A stretch of 64,000 nucleotides of DNA from Bacteroidota bacterium (lineage in GTDB: Bacteria > Bacteroidota > Ignavibacteria > Palsa-1295): the NCBI GenBank assembly GCA_021324735.1, contig JAJPIO010000006.1, forward strand, positions 15,667 to 79,666, in the 5' to 3' direction. Numbering within the stretch: the first letter of the stretch is position 1; each line of letters begins with the position of its first letter. Both the position numbers and the translations under genes were made by a program. A model generated the notes under the pieces. It saw nothing but the letters and a program-made list of their open reading frames with translations. It searched no databases and was not told the origin of the DNA. Positions 8,296-17,585 of the stretch are shown piece after piece.

Positions 8296-10032
8296 TCATT
8301 CCTTGTCTAGGCGCTCGAACCGAATATTCCGTACTCGCCCCATAGAGATGAGCATTGCTTGCACATTCCCTTTAGCGGCTCGTTCAAACACAATATCGTT
8401 CAAGAACGGTATGTTAGAATAGAACTTGTCCTTCGCGGACACGACCAACATTCCGGTATCGAACTTTGGATGACTGGCGTAGAGTGCACTGTCCTTAACG
8501 AATAGCGAGTAGGTAGACTGTAGTTCGGGGCTATAGTACTTACCAGTATATTCCTGCAATTGTTTAAGGGTCAATTGGGGCGCTGCTTGAACGCGGTGTG
8601 CTAAATGATCGCCGTGTTGGTGAAGTGTAATAGTGTTGACGTACCCATCCGAACCTCTATGAAATGTGACAGAGGCATTTACAACTTTGAGAAAAAACGT
8701 ACTATCGGATGACGGGAAAATTGGAATCGCTGCCTGCTCCGTTGCCTGACTCCAATATGTTTCTCCTTCGCGCCAGTACTTGAGCACGAAGGTTGGCTCT
8801 TCATCCATTGAATAACTACCTTCGAAAGGCGCAAAGGCCGCCGTGTCAAATTTGACCGGAGTAGTTGGTGGTGGTGCCGGTCCCTTGGGTAATTTATTTC
8901 CAAGCACCATTGAAGCGATCTTCGTAGCTACCGTTGGGATCGAACTCAGATTACTTAAGATAACGACCGCAAGATGTTCGGTAGGAAGCCACATGAATTC
9001 CGTTTGATAGCCAGCCCATGAACCGTCGTGCTCTACAACGGGAAGGGTGTGCCATGTCGGAAATTCGAGTCCGAGGCCATAATCGGTTTCGGTGCCGTTA
9101 TTGAGTTTGCCGGGAGTGCGCAGCAAGTGCATTAGCTGCTGAGCGGACGATGGATCGCTCGTACCGCCGAGGGTTGGATGTTCGAAGTTCGCGATCCATT
9201 TCTCGAAATCTTCCACGGAAGTAGACACGGCCCCATCGCCGGTCTGCTCCCAATAGGACATGTCTCGGTGGAGAAGGCCGTCCTCTGCCGGACTATAGCC
9301 GATCGCTCGGTTTGGAACGATCATCGTATGATCGTCCACGACCTGCGTGTGCGTCATCCCAAGCGGCTTAAAAATATGTTCTTGCTCAAAGGTACGGAGC
9401 GACACGCCGCTCACACGCTCCACGATCACGGATAATAGCATGTATCCGCTATTGCTATAAAGCATTTCTGAGCCGGGGACAAAGTTGAGAGCTTGTTGCC
9501 TGGCAATTGCGGCGAGCGCATCCTTGGTGGTGGTTACGTCATCAATATTGACACCGCTGGCACACATCAGTTGGAGATAATCCCGGATACCACTTGTGTG
9601 ATTGAGCAGATGCCGAATGGTAATAGTATGACCATAATTAGGAATTTCTGGAAGATACTTTCGAATGTCATCGTCTAACGAAAGTTTGTTTTGCTGTGCG
9701 AGCATGACGATACTCGTGGCTGTGAACTGTTTCGATGTTGATCCGATATCGAATACGGTCTGTGGCGTGATCGAAACGCCGTGTTCAAGATCGGCCATTC
9801 CATAGCTCTTTTTGAAAATGAGTTTTCCATCTTTATAAACGCCGACAGCACAGCCGGCAGAACTTGCGTTATCATAACCGGCAAGGAGTGAGTCGATACG
9901 GCTGCTCGTCCCGGGATCGAGTGATTGGGCGAAGCAGGGGCTTACGAAGGACGTAAGAATAATTAAAAGTATGATATAACGAGTTGGAACTGTGAACGAC
10001 ATAAGGCGAGTGATTGAGACGAATGAGTGCAA
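8296..10032 (-). CDS. beta-lactamase-family serine hydrolase (class C / PBP-like) with C-terminal extension
   Basis: S-x-x-K active-site motif in FDIGSTSKQFTA and a signal peptide, 578 aa. An alternative start at MSFTVPTRYIILL (10002) is possible. Confidence 0.8.
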   Translation of the reverse strand: MHSFVSITRLMSFTVPTRYIILLIILTSFVSPCFAQSLDPGTSSRIDSLLAGYDNASSAGCAVGVYKDGKLIFKKSYGMADLEHGVSITPQTVFDIGSTSKQFTATSIVMLAQQNKLSLDDDIRKYLPEIPNYGHTITIRHLLNHTSGIRDYLQLMCASGVNIDDVTTTKDALAAIARQQALNFVPGSEMLYSNSGYMLLSVIVERVSGVSLRTFEQEHIFKPLGMTHTQVVDDHTMIVPNRAIGYSPAEDGLLHRDMSYWEQTGDGAVSTSVEDFEKWIANFEHPTLGGTSDPSSAQQLMHLLRTPGKLNNGTETDYGLGLEFPTWHTLPVVEHDGSWAGYQTEFMWLPTEHLAVVILSNLSSIPTVATKIASMVLGNKLPKGPAPPPTTPVKFDTAAFAPFEGSYSMDEEPTFVLKYWREGETYWSQATEQAAIPIFPSSDSTFFLKVVNASVTFHRGSDGYVNTITLHQHGDHLAHRVQAAPQLTLKQLQEYTGKYYSPELQSTYSLFVKDSALYASHPKFDTGMLVVSAKDKFYSNIPFLNDIVFERAAKGNVQAMLISMGRVRNIRFERLDKE

Positions 10033-10294
10033 CAGTACAGCAGGGCTCTGACTGTAGTTTCACTCGGGTGTACTGGCGATCTCCAAGAACAATTCGCGGG
10101 TTCACGGACCCTTTCTCTTCACTATCTCACAAAACCCTCTCCGAAGAGGAGATTTTTATTACTTCTTTGCCCGATTCCAAACTCGACCATATTAATACCC
10201 CGTATTGATCGCCATAGTTATAGCATAATGCCCATTTTTGAAACTTCTGGCCCAATTTGCGGTTTAATCTTATAGGAAATTAGGTCCAGATTGT

Positions 10295-10837
10295 ATGAAA
10301 TACGTAATAGCTGCACTGGTCGTTCTTACTCTCACAAGTACGGCATCGTTCTCTCAATTTCGGAGCGATCTTTCGAAAAGTGAACCGTCGCTCAATACCG
10401 TCGGCGCAATGAAAGGCGACGGCGATTCATTCTGGTCGCGCCTGTTCGATCCGCAGCGCTTCAGTATGCACCAGACCTACTCCATGAGTTTCCTTTCGGG
10501 TGGCGGTGGCTCGACGAGCCTCGGAATGTTTACCAATACGTTCAGCTATCGCGCCTCGGATGATCTCTTTATTTCAGCCGATGTGTCGGCTGTGTACTCT
10601 CCGTATAGTTCGTTTGGCAGCGCCTTCTCGAATTCGCTGAATGGCATTTACCTTACCAACGCGCGCCTCGATTGGAAATTGGGAGACAACACCTTTATGC
10701 GTGTCGAATATGTTGGCGGCCCGGCTGCAGGAATGTATGGCGGCTATAGCCCCTATTACAATAATCCGTTTTATACCCCGACTCCACTAGCGTCGTCACC
10801 AACCGGAATACCGGCCGCTAAACTGCCGGGGCATTAA
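10295..10837 (+). CDS. secreted Gly/Ser/Tyr-rich hypothetical protein (possible outer-membrane beta-barrel)
   Basis: Signal peptide MKYVIAALVVLTLTSTASFSQ and alternating aromatic/small residues, 180 aa. Confidence 0.55.
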   Translation: MKYVIAALVVLTLTSTASFSQFRSDLSKSEPSLNTVGAMKGDGDSFWSRLFDPQRFSMHQTYSMSFLSGGGGSTSLGMFTNTFSYRASDDLFISADVSAVYSPYSSFGSAFSNSLNGIYLTNARLDWKLGDNTFMRVEYVGGPAAGMYGGYSPYYNNPFYTPTPLASSPTGIPAAKLPGH

Positions 10838-10951
10838 GCTGCGCACGCCGCGACACACTACTTCCGAATTGAACCAGACAGAAACCACAATACCGGCCGC
10901 GAGCAGACTACCGAAGTCTCTTACGGCCCGTTGCTCTTTCTATAGTTAAGA

Positions 10952-11464
10952 TTGGCCAAACGCGGGTTTCTCGAAACGATCATAGGCTCTGGTGAGCGCG
11001 AACGTAAACGCCGCAAGCACATGGCGCTGCAAGTAGTGTCCTGGGGATTTGTCGCCGTGGTGGTATTATTTGTCGCGATGCTCGCTGGTCAGTTTGTAAC
11101 CCGCACGGTGCTTACGCACCCGGTCAGCGGCGAGATCGATCGGCCGGACATGTTGGTGCGTAAAGGTGAGCGCATCCAGATCAACGTATTGAACGGCTCT
11201 GGCAAAGCGCGGCTTGGGCAGCGGTTTACCGATTATTTGCGTGCTCGCAAGTTCGACGTCGTTCATACCGATAATTACAAGGATACGAGTGTCGAACATT
11301 CGTTTATTATCGATCGCGTGGGCGATAGCGCTTCGTCCAAGAAGATAGCGTATGCATTGGGTATCAGTAATGCCTATATCCAACGCGACATCGACACCGA
11401 AGAATATGTAAAAGCCGATCTTATCATCGGCAAAGATTTTATGATGCTGAACCCCATGAAGTAA
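10952..11464 (+). CDS. LytR C-terminal domain (LytR_C) membrane-anchored protein
   Basis: Single TM (VVSWGFVAVVVLFVAMLAGQFV) followed by the LytR_C-like segment IQINVLNGSGKARLGQRFTDYLRARKFDVV. The track start is a TTG; the first ATG is at 11021. Confidence 0.6.
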   Translation: MAKRGFLETIIGSGERERKRRKHMALQVVSWGFVAVVVLFVAMLAGQFVTRTVLTHPVSGEIDRPDMLVRKGERIQINVLNGSGKARLGQRFTDYLRARKFDVVHTDNYKDTSVEHSFIIDRVGDSASSKKIAYALGISNAYIQRDIDTEEYVKADLIIGKDFMMLNPMK

Positions 11465-11482
11465 GGTATCAGCAATACGTGA

Positions 11483-12142
11483 ATGACAAAGACAACAAAA
11501 TCGAAGACGACCACACGAAAGAGTTCTGAACGCGAACCGGCAAAGCGCCGCACAGCAGTTAAAGCAAAAGCATCGCCGGCGAAAGCTAAGGTTTCGCCGG
11601 TGAAGATAAAATCTTCTGATGAAACATCGGAAGCAAAACGGCCGCGGCGTAAAGCTGCGCCTACTGACGATGCAGCGAAGGAGATCGCCTTAAAGGCGGC
11701 ACGCTACGCGCTCGAAAAGAAAGCGGATGACGTGCATGTGCTCGATCTGCGTGGTGTTACCAGTATGACCGATTTCTTTGTTATCGCGACGGGTTCGAGC
11801 GACAGACAAGTTAAGGCGATTGCAGAAAATGTGATCGCCGAAATGCGCGATAAAGAAGGCGTTACGGCATGGCGTAGCGAAGGCTGGGATGGCCTGCGCT
11901 GGGTCATTATCGATTTTGTCGATTTCGTTGTTCATGTGTTTCAGTCCGATGCTCGCCAATATTACAATGTGGAGCGCCTGTGGGCCGACGCACCGATGAT
12001 CGAGGTGAAGGATGAGCCTACAAAATCCCCTGCCACTCGGACCAGGAGATCTGCCAGATCAGACGAGACAGAGAAGGATCATAAAGCAGCATCGAAGATC
12101 AAGGTCGTAAGCGACTTTAAGCAAGTAGGATCAGCATCATAA
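11483..12142 (+). CDS. rsfS: ribosome silencing factor RsfS (Iojap) with Lys/Ala-rich N-terminal tail
   Basis: Core DDVHVLDLRGVTSMTDFFVIATGSSDRQVKAIAENV...WVIIDFVDFVVHVFQ matches the RsfS/Iojap fold. The ~55-aa KA-rich N-tail and C-tail are extensions. Confidence 0.8.
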   Translation: MTKTTKSKTTTRKSSEREPAKRRTAVKAKASPAKAKVSPVKIKSSDETSEAKRPRRKAAPTDDAAKEIALKAARYALEKKADDVHVLDLRGVTSMTDFFVIATGSSDRQVKAIAENVIAEMRDKEGVTAWRSEGWDGLRWVIIDFVDFVVHVFQSDARQYYNVERLWADAPMIEVKDEPTKSPATRTRRSARSDETEKDHKAASKIKVVSDFKQVGSAS

Positions 12143-13795
12143 ATGGAGAGAACGCTACAACGAGTTTTCGAATCGGCGCTGGAAAAGATCGGCGCCCCTG
12201 CGAGCACGTCCATTAAATTCGAAGTGCCGCAAAATGAAGGGCATGGTGATCTATCCACCAATGTCGCGATGACGTTGGCAAAAGAGTTAAAGCGCGCGCC
12301 CCGCGATCTTGCCAAAGATATTATCGGCCACATCAATCTCGATAACGGATTCTTGAAATCGGTCGAGATCGCTGGTCCTGGTTTTATCAATATTACGTTC
12401 AGCCGGCAGCACATCATCGGCGAGTTGCGCAATCTGTTGTTAGCCGGTGCCGAGTACGGGCACGTTCACTCGAATGCGGAGAAGTCGGTCAATCTTGAAT
12501 GGGTCAGTGCAAACCCAACCGGACGGCTTCACGCTGGGCATGGCCGGCAGGTCTGTTTAGGTCAGGCGATCGCTAATTTATTGGAATGGACCGGGGCGAA
12601 GATCACTCGCGAATACTATTTCAATAATGCCGGCAACCAGATGAACAATCTGGCTAAGTCGGTACGAGTGCGGTACTTGCAGGAGTTGGGCGATGATATC
12701 GAACTTGATGAGGATGGGTATCACGGCACCGAGATCATCGATATTGCTCGCACGATCGTTAAGGAGTTCGGCGAATCCAAGCGCAGCGCTCCCCTCTCCT
12801 TTTTCCAGTCCTATGGTGAGCAGGAGAATTTTAAGAACATCAAGTTAACGCTCGAACGGCTCGGCGTACATCACGATGTGTTCTTCAACGAGAACTCGCT
12901 ATATGATTCGGGTGCGATCGCGGCAACGATCGAAGAGTTCAAATCGAAGGGCTTAGCCTACGAAAAAGATGGCGCCCTGTGGCTCAAGCTTTCGGAGATG
13001 GGAGGAAAGGACGATCGATCGGCCTTAGAGGACCGGGTTATCGTTCGCTCGAATGGCGAGCCGACGTATCGCCTGCCAGATATTTGCTATCACCGCAACA
13101 AGCTTTCGCGTGGCTACGATGAGATTATCGATATTTTCGGTGCCGATCACATCGCTACCATTGCTGACGTACTTGCGGCCCTGCGCTCCTTAGGATATGA
13201 TACCGAAAAGGTCAAGGTCGTGATCCATCAGATGGTCTCCTTTGTTTCCGGTAAAGAACTCATCAAGTTCTCGAAGCGAAGCGGCGGAGCCTATACGCTG
13301 GAGGAGTTGCTCGATGACGTCGGTGTCGACGCCGCGAAGTTCTTTTTCAACATGCGGGCGGCGGGTACTCATCTTGAGTTCGATGTCGCCTTAGCGCGCG
13401 AGCAATCGGAGAAGAACCCCGTCTACTACGTGCAATATGCCCACGCGCGAATTGCCAGCATTTTACGCTTCGCCGTTCAGCAGGGCCTTACGCTTGCGGA
13501 CGCCGATGATGCATCACTCGATGCTTTGGAGCACGACGAAGAGCTTCGCTTAATAAAGTTACTGCTCCGTTTCCCGCAAGTCGTCGAAAAATCCGCAGCT
13601 GCACTGGCGCCGCATCACATTTGCGAATATCTTCGCGATGTCGCAGGGCAATTCCATAAGTTCTATCAGGAGTGCCGCATCGTGGGTAGTCCGAAGCCGT
13701 TGGAAGCCTCGCGTCTCTTACTTGCTCTTGCTACAAAGCGTGTTATCGCAAACGGCTGCACCATACTTGGTGTGAATGCGCCGGAAAGCATGTAA
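12143..13795 (+). CDS. argS: arginine--tRNA ligase
   Basis: HGDLSTNVAM, SANPTGRLHAGHGR (HIGH region) and overall ArgS length of 550 aa. Confidence 0.95.
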   Translation: MERTLQRVFESALEKIGAPASTSIKFEVPQNEGHGDLSTNVAMTLAKELKRAPRDLAKDIIGHINLDNGFLKSVEIAGPGFINITFSRQHIIGELRNLLLAGAEYGHVHSNAEKSVNLEWVSANPTGRLHAGHGRQVCLGQAIANLLEWTGAKITREYYFNNAGNQMNNLAKSVRVRYLQELGDDIELDEDGYHGTEIIDIARTIVKEFGESKRSAPLSFFQSYGEQENFKNIKLTLERLGVHHDVFFNENSLYDSGAIAATIEEFKSKGLAYEKDGALWLKLSEMGGKDDRSALEDRVIVRSNGEPTYRLPDICYHRNKLSRGYDEIIDIFGADHIATIADVLAALRSLGYDTEKVKVVIHQMVSFVSGKELIKFSKRSGGAYTLEELLDDVGVDAAKFFFNMRAAGTHLEFDVALAREQSEKNPVYYVQYAHARIASILRFAVQQGLTLADADDASLDALEHDEELRLIKLLLRFPQVVEKSAAALAPHHICEYLRDVAGQFHKFYQECRIVGSPKPLEASRLLLALATKRVIANGCTILGVNAPESM

Positions 13796-13902
13796 GGTAA
13801 CGTTGAACGATGAATTATGAATGGTGAGATATATTCTTCATTCGTTATGCAAGGCCAAATTAATTCCTTCATAATTCATCATTCCTAATTCATTCTTGCC
13901 CG

Positions 13903-15270
13903 ATGATCCCGCTTGGGGCTGAAATATTTCTCGTAATCGTCTTCCTGCTTCTGCATGCGTTCTTTTCGCTTGCAGAAACGAGCGTGCTGAACGTGCGCAA
14001 AAGCCGGCTGCGTGAAATGCTGGACGACGAAGAAACACCGGAATGGTCCGCGCGGCGTGCTCGGATCATTCTTTCCATGAAGCTTGCCCCCGAGAATTTT
14101 CTTGCCGCCGTTCAATTAGGCTCTGTCTTCTTTAGCTTCCTTGCCGCGACCTACACAACATTTATTGCATACGAGCACTTATGGCCCCTCGTTCGTACCA
14201 CTCTCGGACTTTCGAGCGAAATTAGCCTTGCCTTAGCCTTTATTGTCATGATCCTTATTGTGACGATATTGGATCTGACGTTCGGAGGCTTGGTGCCAAA
14301 GTCGATCGCCTTGCATCGCAGTGAACGCATTGCGTTCAGTATTGCCCCGCTCATCGATCTCCTGATGAAGGCCTTTAAGCCGATCACACACTTGCCCGTT
14401 ATGATGTCGAACCTCATTCTGGGTCCATTTCGTGACCAGACGAGCTTTACCGAGAGCCGTATTTCAGAAGAGGAATTTCGCGTCATGCTTGAGGAAGGCG
14501 CACGTAGCGGCACGATCGATAAGACCGAGAACGAGCTCATCGAGAACATTTTCGATTTCAACGAGCGCACTGCCCGCGAGGTCATGATCCCCCGCATCAA
14601 GATGGTCGCCATCGATGCCGATATGCCGAGAGAGCAACTGGTCGATCGGATCATTTCGGAAGGCTTTACCCGGCTGCCGGTCTTTCGCGAGACTCAGGAT
14701 AATATACTGGGTGTCATATACTCTAAGGATGTCCTCGCCCTCATCGAGCACCCGGAGCTTATTATATTGGAAGATATCATCCGCCCGGTACCCTTTGTAC
14801 CGGAAACCAAGCTTTTGGGAGAGCTTTTGCGTGAATTTCAGCGGGAGAAACTCCATATGGCCATTGTCGTAGATGAATTTGGCGGCACTGCCGGGCTTAT
14901 TACGCTCGAGGATATTCTGGAGGAGATCGTCGGCGAAATTCACGATGAATACGACGAAGAGCAGCGCAGCCTCGAGGTCGATACCGAGCATAAAGCGATA
15001 AGCCTCTCGGCCAATTATTCCATCGGCGACGCCAATCGCGAGCTTGAAAAAATATTCACTGATTTTCATATTCCGGACGATGAGGAATATGAGTCTGTTA
15101 GTGGTTATGTCAATAAGCTATTCGGGCATATTCCGGAGATCGGTGAAGAACGCGAAACACAGGGCGTCCGAGTAGTTGTTACCGATAAAGGGCCAATGAG
15201 CGTATCGGAGGTTCGCTTCGAGCACGCGGACCATCACGAGGAGCCAGTAACCGAAACCAAGACTGCATGA
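13903..15270 (+). CDS. HlyC/CorC family transporter (DUF21 + tandem CBS + CorC_HlyC)
   Basis: N-terminal 4-TM DUF21 region, a CBS pair (MIPRIKMVAID ... FGGTAGLITLEDILEEIVGEI) and a C-terminal CorC/HlyC transporter-associated domain, 455 aa. Confidence 0.85.
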   Translation: MIPLGAEIFLVIVFLLLHAFFSLAETSVLNVRKSRLREMLDDEETPEWSARRARIILSMKLAPENFLAAVQLGSVFFSFLAATYTTFIAYEHLWPLVRTTLGLSSEISLALAFIVMILIVTILDLTFGGLVPKSIALHRSERIAFSIAPLIDLLMKAFKPITHLPVMMSNLILGPFRDQTSFTESRISEEEFRVMLEEGARSGTIDKTENELIENIFDFNERTAREVMIPRIKMVAIDADMPREQLVDRIISEGFTRLPVFRETQDNILGVIYSKDVLALIEHPELIILEDIIRPVPFVPETKLLGELLREFQREKLHMAIVVDEFGGTAGLITLEDILEEIVGEIHDEYDEEQRSLEVDTEHKAISLSANYSIGDANRELEKIFTDFHIPDDEEYESVSGYVNKLFGHIPEIGEERETQGVRVVVTDKGPMSVSEVRFEHADHHEEPVTETKTA

Positions 15271-15322
15271 TCGATCGCTACTGATTTTAGAATTTCATCC
15301 AACAACCGGTCTGCGATTATTC

Positions 15323-17530
15323 ATGCGCTTATTCCTGTGCACGGCTTGTGCACTTTTACTCGTTTTAGCAACTCGCACTCTCTTTGCTCAGAATAGCGAA
15401 GCGCTCAAACACGCCCGTGCCGGATTCGACTACGAGCAGAAAAACGAATTCCGATACGCGATCTACGAATACGATACCGCCGCCAAGCTCGACCCGAAGT
15501 ATCCATACCCTATCGAGCGCATCGCGGGTATGTACCAGACGCTCAAAAATTATCCGCTCGCGATCACAAACTACGAGCGCGCCATTCGCCTCGACTCCAA
15601 CTTCGACGTTTATAACTACTATAATCTTGGTCTCTCCTTCCGTATTGTTGAAAAGCATGATAGTGCGGTCGTAGCGCTTCGAGAGTTCTTACGGCGAATG
15701 GATCCCGTAACGCATACCGATTCGATGGCTATGCGGGATGCTGATTGGTGGATCAAGTTTAATTTAGGCTGTATCGTCGAACGAGCGAAAGTGCCCAACA
15801 CCGAGGAGCCAAAGCCGCTCAACGAGATCAATAGCGCGTACGATGACTTCGGTCCCAGTATTACGGCGGATGGCAATACCCTTTACTTTACATCGACCCG
15901 GCCCGGCACGAATACCAAACAAGTGATCGAAACGGGTAATTATGGTGAAGACCTGTTCGTAACTCATCGCGATTCGCTTGGCCGATGGGGTAACCCAACA
16001 TCGTTACCAGCTCCGCTTAACTCCCTCGATGATGAAGGCTCTGCTTCTATCAGTGCCGATGGTCAAACAATGTATATCAGCCTGTGCCGGCGACCCGATG
16101 GTGCGGGCGATTGCGATATCTATGTCTCGCAACTTGTCGGCGACCAATGGACAAGGCCACAGAACATGGGGCGTCCGCTCAACTCGCCGGCCTGGGATGC
16201 TCAGCCAAGCGTTACCGCCGATGGATTGACAATGTACTTCTCGAGCCGCCGGTTTGGCTCCATGGGCGATAGCTCAGAAGATATTTACGTCTGTTATAAA
16301 AATACCGACGGCTCCTGGACGCCGCCGCACAACCTTGGTGAACCTGTGAATACGCGTTTTAACGAACGCTCTCCGTTTATCTCGGCGGATGGCAGAACGC
16401 TGTACTTCTCTTCCAACGGGCATCCTGGGATGGGTAACCACGATCTTTTTATGTCGCGCAAACTGGATGATGGTACCTGGAGCGTACCAGTCAATCTTGG
16501 CAAGCCCATCAATTCATTTGGCGACGATGCCTTCCTGACGATCCCTGCGAGCGGCGATAAGATCGTCTATGCTTCACAGCGGAAGAATCCTAAATCGCCA
16601 TTGCATTTGTATGAGGCAAAACTGCCGCTTGAATTTCGTCCGGGGCCGGTTACGCTGGTAGCAGGCACGGTATATGATCGCGAAACACATAAGCCGGTCG
16701 GTGCGCGCGTCGATGTCAACGACCTAAAGACGGATCAACTGGTTGCCGTTTACCACGCCAATAAGCTAACCGGTAAATACTATGTGACCCTTGGTACCGG
16801 TAAGATGTACGGCATCACTGCGACCGCGGAAGGATATGCACCGTATTCGGACCACTATACCGTTCCGGATACTATTCCCTATCGTGAGATCACTCATGAC
16901 CTGCCGCTGACCCCAATCCCGAATTTTGCAACAAGCGAAGGCAGAGATACGACCGGCGACTGGGCACGTAACCATCCGAGCGGAACAGACACCACGGGGC
17001 TTTGGGCTCGGACACATCCGCAAGGCAGAGATACTACGGGACTATGGGCTAAGACTCATCGGCATGGTAAAGATACCACTGGACTGTGGGCCAGGACCCA
17101 TCCGCATGGTAAGGACACAACGGGACAATGGGCTCTACGTCATCCTGTAAAAGACACTACGGGTCAGTGGGCGCTAAATCATCCTGACACCTCTGGTACC
17201 GAGATCCACAATATCTTCTTCGATTTTGATAAAGCCACGCTTCGGCCGGAATCGCACACGGAGCTTAAATATTGGATCGCACTCCTAAAGAAATATCCAA
17301 AGCTTAAGATCGAGATTGGCGGCCATACCGATTCGGTCGGTACCACGAATTATAATCACCGGCTCTCGCAACAGCGCGCGGATGCAGTACGGCAATATAT
17401 GATCGACAACGGGATCGCCGCTAGACGCTTAATTGCCATCGGCTACGGCGCAACAAAGCCCAAAGCCAGCAATGAAACGCCAGAAGGACGCCAGCAAAAC
17501 CGTCGAACGGAATTCCGGTTTATAAAATAA
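15323..17530 (+). CDS. OmpA-family outer membrane protein with TPR, PD40 (TolB-like) repeats, CarboxypepD_reg-like domain and 14-aa tandem repeats
   Basis: Signal peptide. Five PD40-like repeats (e.g. ISADGQTMYIS, VTADGLTMYFSS, ISADGRTLYFSS). The C-terminal OmpA domain is FDFDKATLRPESHTELKYW...GGHTDSVGTTNYNHRLSQQRADAV. An internal repeat DTTG(L/Q)WA(R/K)(T/N)HP occurs about 6 times at 16936-17195. Confidence 0.85.
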   Translation: MRLFLCTACALLLVLATRTLFAQNSEALKHARAGFDYEQKNEFRYAIYEYDTAAKLDPKYPYPIERIAGMYQTLKNYPLAITNYERAIRLDSNFDVYNYYNLGLSFRIVEKHDSAVVALREFLRRMDPVTHTDSMAMRDADWWIKFNLGCIVERAKVPNTEEPKPLNEINSAYDDFGPSITADGNTLYFTSTRPGTNTKQVIETGNYGEDLFVTHRDSLGRWGNPTSLPAPLNSLDDEGSASISADGQTMYISLCRRPDGAGDCDIYVSQLVGDQWTRPQNMGRPLNSPAWDAQPSVTADGLTMYFSSRRFGSMGDSSEDIYVCYKNTDGSWTPPHNLGEPVNTRFNERSPFISADGRTLYFSSNGHPGMGNHDLFMSRKLDDGTWSVPVNLGKPINSFGDDAFLTIPASGDKIVYASQRKNPKSPLHLYEAKLPLEFRPGPVTLVAGTVYDRETHKPVGARVDVNDLKTDQLVAVYHANKLTGKYYVTLGTGKMYGITATAEGYAPYSDHYTVPDTIPYREITHDLPLTPIPNFATSEGRDTTGDWARNHPSGTDTTGLWARTHPQGRDTTGLWAKTHRHGKDTTGLWARTHPHGKDTTGQWALRHPVKDTTGQWALNHPDTSGTEIHNIFFDFDKATLRPESHTELKYWIALLKKYPKLKIEIGGHTDSVGTTNYNHRLSQQRADAVRQYMIDNGIAARRLIAIGYGATKPKASNETPEGRQQNRRTEFRFIK

Positions 17531-17548
17531 AAGCGAGTTTGTAAATAG

Positions 17549-17585
17549 AGTGCTTGAGCTGTTAAAGTCCAAGCACTACTTTTTG
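17549..17585. terminator. bidirectional terminator-like hairpin between convergent genes
   Basis: AGTGCTTG-agctgttaaagtc-CAAGCACT followed by ACTTTTTG. The loop contains the stop codon of the minus-strand gene. Confidence 0.45.

Noticed and set aside
14464-15069. 201-aa minus ORF, plus the 167-aa ORF at 14151-14654
   Set aside because: Antisense to the well-supported CorC/HlyC transporter gene.
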